Source: Lachnospiraceae bacterium (GTDB lineage: Bacteria > Bacillota > Clostridia > Lachnospirales > Lachnospiraceae). From it: DNA of 64,000 bases. The first letter of the stretch is position 1. Every line of letters starts with the position of its first letter. Below are positions 60,033 through 64,000 of the stretch, in pieces. Where the stretch lies: contig JALCRM010000003.1 of the NCBI GenBank assembly GCA_022652545.1, positions 78,885-142,884 on the forward strand, given 5' to 3'. Position numbers and translations under genes: made by a program. The notes beneath the pieces were generated by a model. It did not search any database. It saw only the letters and a program-made list of their open reading frames with translations, and was not told the origin of the DNA.

Positions 60033-61430
60033 ATGCAAACTGTAGCATTCCATAATCTCGGATGTAAAGTAAACGGTTACGAAATGGACGTAATGATGCA
60101 AAGTTTACAGAAAAAAGGCTTTATTGTTGTACCTTTTGATCAGAAGGCCGATGTCTATATCGTCAACACCTGCACAGTCACGAGTATCGCAGACCGTAAA
60201 AGCAGACAGATGCTGCACCGCGCAAAAAAATGCAATCCGGAAGCTGTCGTTGTGGCCGTCGGCTGCTATGTAGGGACCGACCCGGAACGCGTGGCGGCCG
60301 ATCCCGCGATCGACCTGGCTGTCGAAAACAGCCGCAAGGAGGACATCGCCGATATTATTGAGGAATATCTGCGCGCGCACGGCCGCATGCCTGAGGAGAC
60401 GGCCGAGACTGCTGAAAAGCAGCAGGGTGCGCTGCTCCTGGAGGCGCCGGGCAGGGTGCGCGCGGATATCAAGATACAGGACGGCTGCAACCAGTTCTGC
60501 ACATACTGTATCATCCCCTATGCGCGGGGCCGGATCCGGAGCCGTACACAGGAGGAGATCGTGGAGGAGATCACGGGCCTTGCAAAAAGCGGGACAAGGG
60601 AAGTCGTGCTGTCCGGCATCCATACAGGGTCGTTCGGAATGGACCGCGGGAAGCCGGAACTGCAGGAACTGCTGCCGAAACTCGACGCGATCCCGGGTCT
60701 GGAGAGAATACGCCTGGGTTCCCTTGAGCCGCGCATCATGACGAAGGAATTCGTGGAGACACTTGCTGCGTGCCCCAGGGTATGCCCGCACTTTCACCTT
60801 TCGCTGCAGTCCGGCAGCGATACCGTACTGAAGCGCATGAACAGGCACTATACGGCGGCAGAGTTCCTTTCGTGCATGGACAGGCTGCGTGCAGCCTACG
60901 ACAGGCCGGCTCTTACCACGGACGTCATCGTCGGTTTTCCGGGGGAGACGGAAGCGGAATTTGCAGAGACCGTGCGCTTTCTCGAAAAGGCCGATTTTTA
61001 CGAGATCCATATTTTCCGCTACTCCAGGCGCAGCGGTACGCCGGCCGCCGCGATGGAAGGACAGGTGGAGGAGAGTGTGAAAGCACAGCGCAGCGACATT
61101 CTGCAGAAACTGACATATGAGCAGTCGCAGCGTTTCCGGGCTTCCTTCCGGGGCGGGGAAGAAGAGATCCTGGCGGAGGAAGTGCTCACGGAAGAGGCGA
61201 TGCGGCACCGCACGCAGAATGAAATGTCGCCGGTCAAGGCAGTGCAAACCGAAGGAAGCGGTACGGCAGACGGGAGCAGGAGATATCTTGTCGGCCATAC
61301 CTCGCGCTACATAGAAGCCGGAATCGTCCTCGGGGAAGGGGATGCCGGTCCGGCGCCGGGCACGCTGCTTCGCGGATGCCTTTCCGGGGAGATCCCGGGG
61401 ACGCCCTGTCTGCGCATGGAGCGATTGTAA
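60033..61430 (+). CDS. mtaB: tRNA t6A37 methylthiotransferase MtaB
   Basis: LGCKVN.YE, NTCTVT, QDGCNQFCTYC, HLSLQSG, IVGFPGET. Confidence 0.95.
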   Translation: MQTVAFHNLGCKVNGYEMDVMMQSLQKKGFIVVPFDQKADVYIVNTCTVTSIADRKSRQMLHRAKKCNPEAVVVAVGCYVGTDPERVAADPAIDLAVENSRKEDIADIIEEYLRAHGRMPEETAETAEKQQGALLLEAPGRVRADIKIQDGCNQFCTYCIIPYARGRIRSRTQEEIVEEITGLAKSGTREVVLSGIHTGSFGMDRGKPELQELLPKLDAIPGLERIRLGSLEPRIMTKEFVETLAACPRVCPHFHLSLQSGSDTVLKRMNRHYTAAEFLSCMDRLRAAYDRPALTTDVIVGFPGETEAEFAETVRFLEKADFYEIHIFRYSRRSGTPAAAMEGQVEESVKAQRSDILQKLTYEQSQRFRASFRGGEEEILAEEVLTEEAMRHRTQNEMSPVKAVQTEGSGTADGSRRYLVGHTSRYIEAGIVLGEGDAGPAPGTLLRGCLSGEIPGTPCLRMERL

Positions 61431-61501
61431 TAGCCGGTAAAATAGGGTAAACTATAGCCGTATAAACGGGTTTCGGCTGTATGCGGCCGACAGGAGGCCA
61501 G

Positions 61502-61804
61502 ATGAACGAACAGATGAACAAAGGCGCAGGTACAGGCGGGGATTTCGGCAATACACAGTATTTCAAGGTGGAGACCGAGCAGGAGAGCGCAGCGAAGAAG
61601 GTGCTTTCCGTCGTCTATGAAGCCCTCACGAACAAAGGCTACGATCCGGTCAACCAGATCGTGGGTTATATCATGTCGGGCGACCCTACCTATATTACCA
61701 ATTACATGGGCGCGCGCAGTCTCATCATGAAAGTGGAACGCGATGAACTCGTGGAAGAGATCCTGAAGAGCTACATTGCGAACAACCACTGGGGCAGGAA
61801 CTGA
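61502..61804 (+). CDS. IreB family regulatory phosphoprotein (UPF0297)
   Basis: [32 protein letters not shown]. Confidence 0.93.
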   Translation: MNEQMNKGAGTGGDFGNTQYFKVETEQESAAKKVLSVVYEALTNKGYDPVNQIVGYIMSGDPTYITNYMGARSLIMKVERDELVEEILKSYIANNHWGRN

Positions 61805-61808
61805 ACGC

Positions 61809-62267
61809 ATGAGGATCATGGCGCTGGATTACGGCTCGAAGACGGTAGGTGTCGCACTGAGCGACGAGCTGCTCATGACGGCACAGCCGAAGGAGATCAT
61901 CCGGCGTGACAGGGACGGCATGATACGGAAAACGCTGCAGAGGATCGAACAGCTGATCCTTGAAAATGATGTCCGTATCATTGTACTCGGGCTACCTCTG
62001 AATATGGACGACAGCTCCGGGGAACGGGCCCGCCTTTCACAGGATTTCGGAGACCGCATCATGCGCCGCACAGGCGTGCCGGTCATCATGTCGGATGAAC
62101 GGCTGACGACTGTCGAGGCCGATGAAATGATGGACCGGATGGAGATCAGGCCGGAAAGCCGCGGAAAATATGTGGATATGCTGGCGGCCTGCGTGATTCT
62201 GCGTGACTATATGGAGAACCATCCGGACGAACTGAAGGCATGGAAGGAAGGGAAACTCCCGGAATGA
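61809..62267 (+). CDS. ruvX: Pre-16S rRNA nuclease / RuvX (YqgF)
   Basis: ALDYGSKTVGVA.SD, GLPLNMD, DERLTT, VD..AA..IL. Confidence 0.94.
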   Translation: MRIMALDYGSKTVGVALSDELLMTAQPKEIIRRDRDGMIRKTLQRIEQLILENDVRIIVLGLPLNMDDSSGERARLSQDFGDRIMRRTGVPVIMSDERLTTVEADEMMDRMEIRPESRGKYVDMLAACVILRDYMENHPDELKAWKEGKLPE

Positions 62268-62536
62268 GTATGGAAAAGATCACTTTTACCCCGGACGGAG
62301 CGGACGGGCCGGTCGAGTTCTATGTTTTGGACCAGGCTACGCTGCGCGGGTGCGATTATATTCTGGTGACAGACAGTGAGGAAGGCGACGGAGAAGCCCT
62401 GATCCTGAAGGACAGAGCTCCGGCGGACGCCGCGGACAGCCTGTACGAGATCGTGGACGACGACACCGAGCTGAAGGCAGTTTCGGAGCTTTTCCGCGAT
62501 ACGCTGGAAGATCTGGGGATAGACCTGGAGTGGTAA
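62264..62536 (+). CDS. DUF1292 domain protein
   Basis: Small acidic protein FYVLDQ..YILV..ALILK in the ireB-ruvX context. Confidence 0.85.
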   Translation: MSMEKITFTPDGADGPVEFYVLDQATLRGCDYILVTDSEEGDGEALILKDRAPADAADSLYEIVDDDTELKAVSELFRDTLEDLGIDLEW

Positions 62537-62681
62537 ATTGGACGGTGCATGTGGCGGAAGGCCCTGCGCACGGTCTGAAATAAGTTCGGGAAAGGGAACA
62601 CAGCATCTGCCGGATTGGTGAGAGGAATCCGGCTGTTGTCTGTGTATCTGTGTCCCGGGAGAGATGGAGGGATCATATTCT

Positions 62682-64000
62682 TTGAAAAGTGAAAAAAAAC
62701 AGCAGGAGGAACCGGTCTCGAAACTGAAGATCATTCCGCTCGGGGGGCTGGAAGAGATCGGTATGAACATCACCGCCTTCGAGTACGAGGACAGTATCGT
62801 CGTGGTGGACTGCGGCCTGGCGTTTCCGGCCGATGACATGTACGGGATCGACCTGGTCATTCCGGATACGACCTACCTGCAGAACAACCTGGACAAGGTG
62901 AAGGGCTTCGTCATCACCCACGGCCACGAGGACCACATCGGCGCACTGCCCTACGTGCTGCGCGACATCAATGTGCCGATCTACGCGACGCGCCTGACGA
63001 TGGGCATTATCGAAAACAAACTGAAGGAGAGGGACCTTCTGAACAAAACACGGCGCAAGGTCGTGAAGTTCGGACAGTCCGTCAACCTCGGACAGTTCCG
63101 TGTGGAATTCATCAAGACGAACCACAGCATCGTGGACGCGGCAGCGCTGGCGATCTATTCCCCGGTGGGCGTAGTCGTGCATACCGGCGATTTCAAGGTC
63201 GATTATACGCCGGTCTTCGGTGACGCGATCGACCTGCAGCGGTTTGCGGAACTCGGCCGGAAGGGCGTACTGGCCCTCATGTGCGATTCCACGAACGCCG
63301 AACGCCCGGGCTATACCCCTTCCGAGAAGACGGTCGGACGGACTTTTGACATGCTTTTCCAGGAACACAAGGATACGAGGCTGATCATCGCGACTTTCGC
63401 ATCCAACGTGGACCGTGTGCAGCAGATCATCAATTCTGCCTACAAGTACGGGCGCAAGGTCCTTGTCGAGGGACGCAGCATGGTCAATATCATTGACACC
63501 GCGCAGAAACTCGGCTGTATCAACATTCCCGACAATACGCTCATCGAAACGGAAGAACTGAAAAACTACCCGGAAAACAAGACTGTCATCATCACGACGG
63601 GCAGCCAGGGCGAAAGCATGGCGGCGCTGAGCCGCATGGCCGAGAACACGCACCGCAAGATCACCGTCGGGGCCGGCGATACGGTTATCTTTTCGTCCAA
63701 TCCCATACCCGGCAATGAAAAATCGGTCACGAATGTGATCAATCTGCTCCTTATGAAGGGGGCGGACGTGATCTTCCAGGATGTCCATGTATCGGGGCAC
63801 CCCTGCCAGGAGGAGATCAAGCTGATCTATACGCTGGTACAGCCGAAATATGCGATCCCCGTGCACGGAGAGTTCAAGCACCTGACAGCGCAGGCCAAGA
63901 TCGCCAGAGACCTGGGCTACACGAACAAGAACATATTCATCCTGCACTCCGGGGATGTCCTGGAACTCGGGCGCGACAGCGCAAAGGTGACAGGGCGCGT
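62682..64000 (+). CDS. rnj: Ribonuclease J, partial (runs off right edge)
   Basis: Manual translation from TTG 62682: LKIIPLGGLEEIGMN..VDCG..THGHEDHIG..HTGDFK..DSTNAE..TFASN..GSQGE..HVSGH..PVHGE. Confidence 0.95.
   Translation, partial: MKSEKKQQEEPVSKLKIIPLGGLEEIGMNITAFEYEDSIVVVDCGLAFPADDMYGIDLVIPDTTYLQNNLDKVKGFVITHGHEDHIGALPYVLRDINVPIYATRLTMGIIENKLKERDLLNKTRRKVVKFGQSVNLGQFRVEFIKTNHSIVDAAALAIYSPVGVVVHTGDFKVDYTPVFGDAIDLQRFAELGRKGVLALMCDSTNAERPGYTPSEKTVGRTFDMLFQEHKDTRLIIATFASNVDRVQQIINSAYKYGRKVLVEGRSMVNIIDTAQKLGCINIPDNTLIETEELKNYPENKTVIITTGSQGESMAALSRMAENTHRKITVGAGDTVIFSSNPIPGNEKSVTNVINLLLMKGADVIFQDVHVSGHPCQEEIKLIYTLVQPKYAIPVHGEFKHLTAQAKIARDLGYTNKNIFILHSGDVLELGRDSAKVTGR

Noticed and set aside
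60033-60240. AT-rich start of mtaB suggesting foreign DNA
   Set aside because: It encodes the conserved MtaB N-terminus and is more simply explained by overlap with regulatory DNA of the divergent HPr-like gene
825-63947. Many long antisense ORFs (e.g., 825-2693, 17633-19501, 47187-49295, 52358-54016, 56981-59161, 62673-63947)
   Set aside because: They shadow well-identified genes on the opposite strand, have no recognisable motifs, and are expected from GC-rich codon bias

Overview
This is a GC-rich chromosomal segment of a Bacillota (Firmicutes) anaerobe. Gene content and order suggest Lachnospiraceae/Clostridia (inference). It holds about 55 protein-coding genes, and I found no rRNA, tRNA, CRISPR array, transposase, integrase or phage genes. 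Left to right it carries: a partial NYN nuclease; hypA-ade-xth-mrp; a coaX + fused ABC-exporter operon; an orphan solute-binding lipoprotein + hybrid kinase + SDR + 2-hydroxyacid dehydrogenase block; ftsH-uvrC-hprK-glucokinase-murB-rapZ-whiA-HPr-like; DAGK, GNAT, cyclophilin and an AEC transporter; an AraC-linked sugar ABC-GH2 beta-galactosidase-glycerol catabolism run; a GH36/2-epimerase/GH130/PMI galactomannan operon; an aminotransferase, uppP and a Lys-rich protein; CIRCE-hrcA-grpE-dnaK-dnaJ-prmA-rsmE; a cysteine desulfurase-thiI pair; a second HPr-like gene; and mtaB-ireB-ruvX-DUF1292-rnj (partial). The most notable unexplained signals are four. (1) A structured repeat with a compensatory base-pair change carries the Shine-Dalgarno. 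It occurs twice in tandem as the coaX leader and once, inverted, 5 kb away before an unrelated gene. (2) A candidate stand-alone sRNA contains anti-start-codon and anti-SD segments. (3) A galactoside-import/beta-galactosidase operon runs directly into glycerol catabolism genes, suggesting galactosylglycerol (plant galactolipid head-group) use. (4) Two HPr paralogues both lack His15. All family calls come from motif recognition by eye; no database searches were run.
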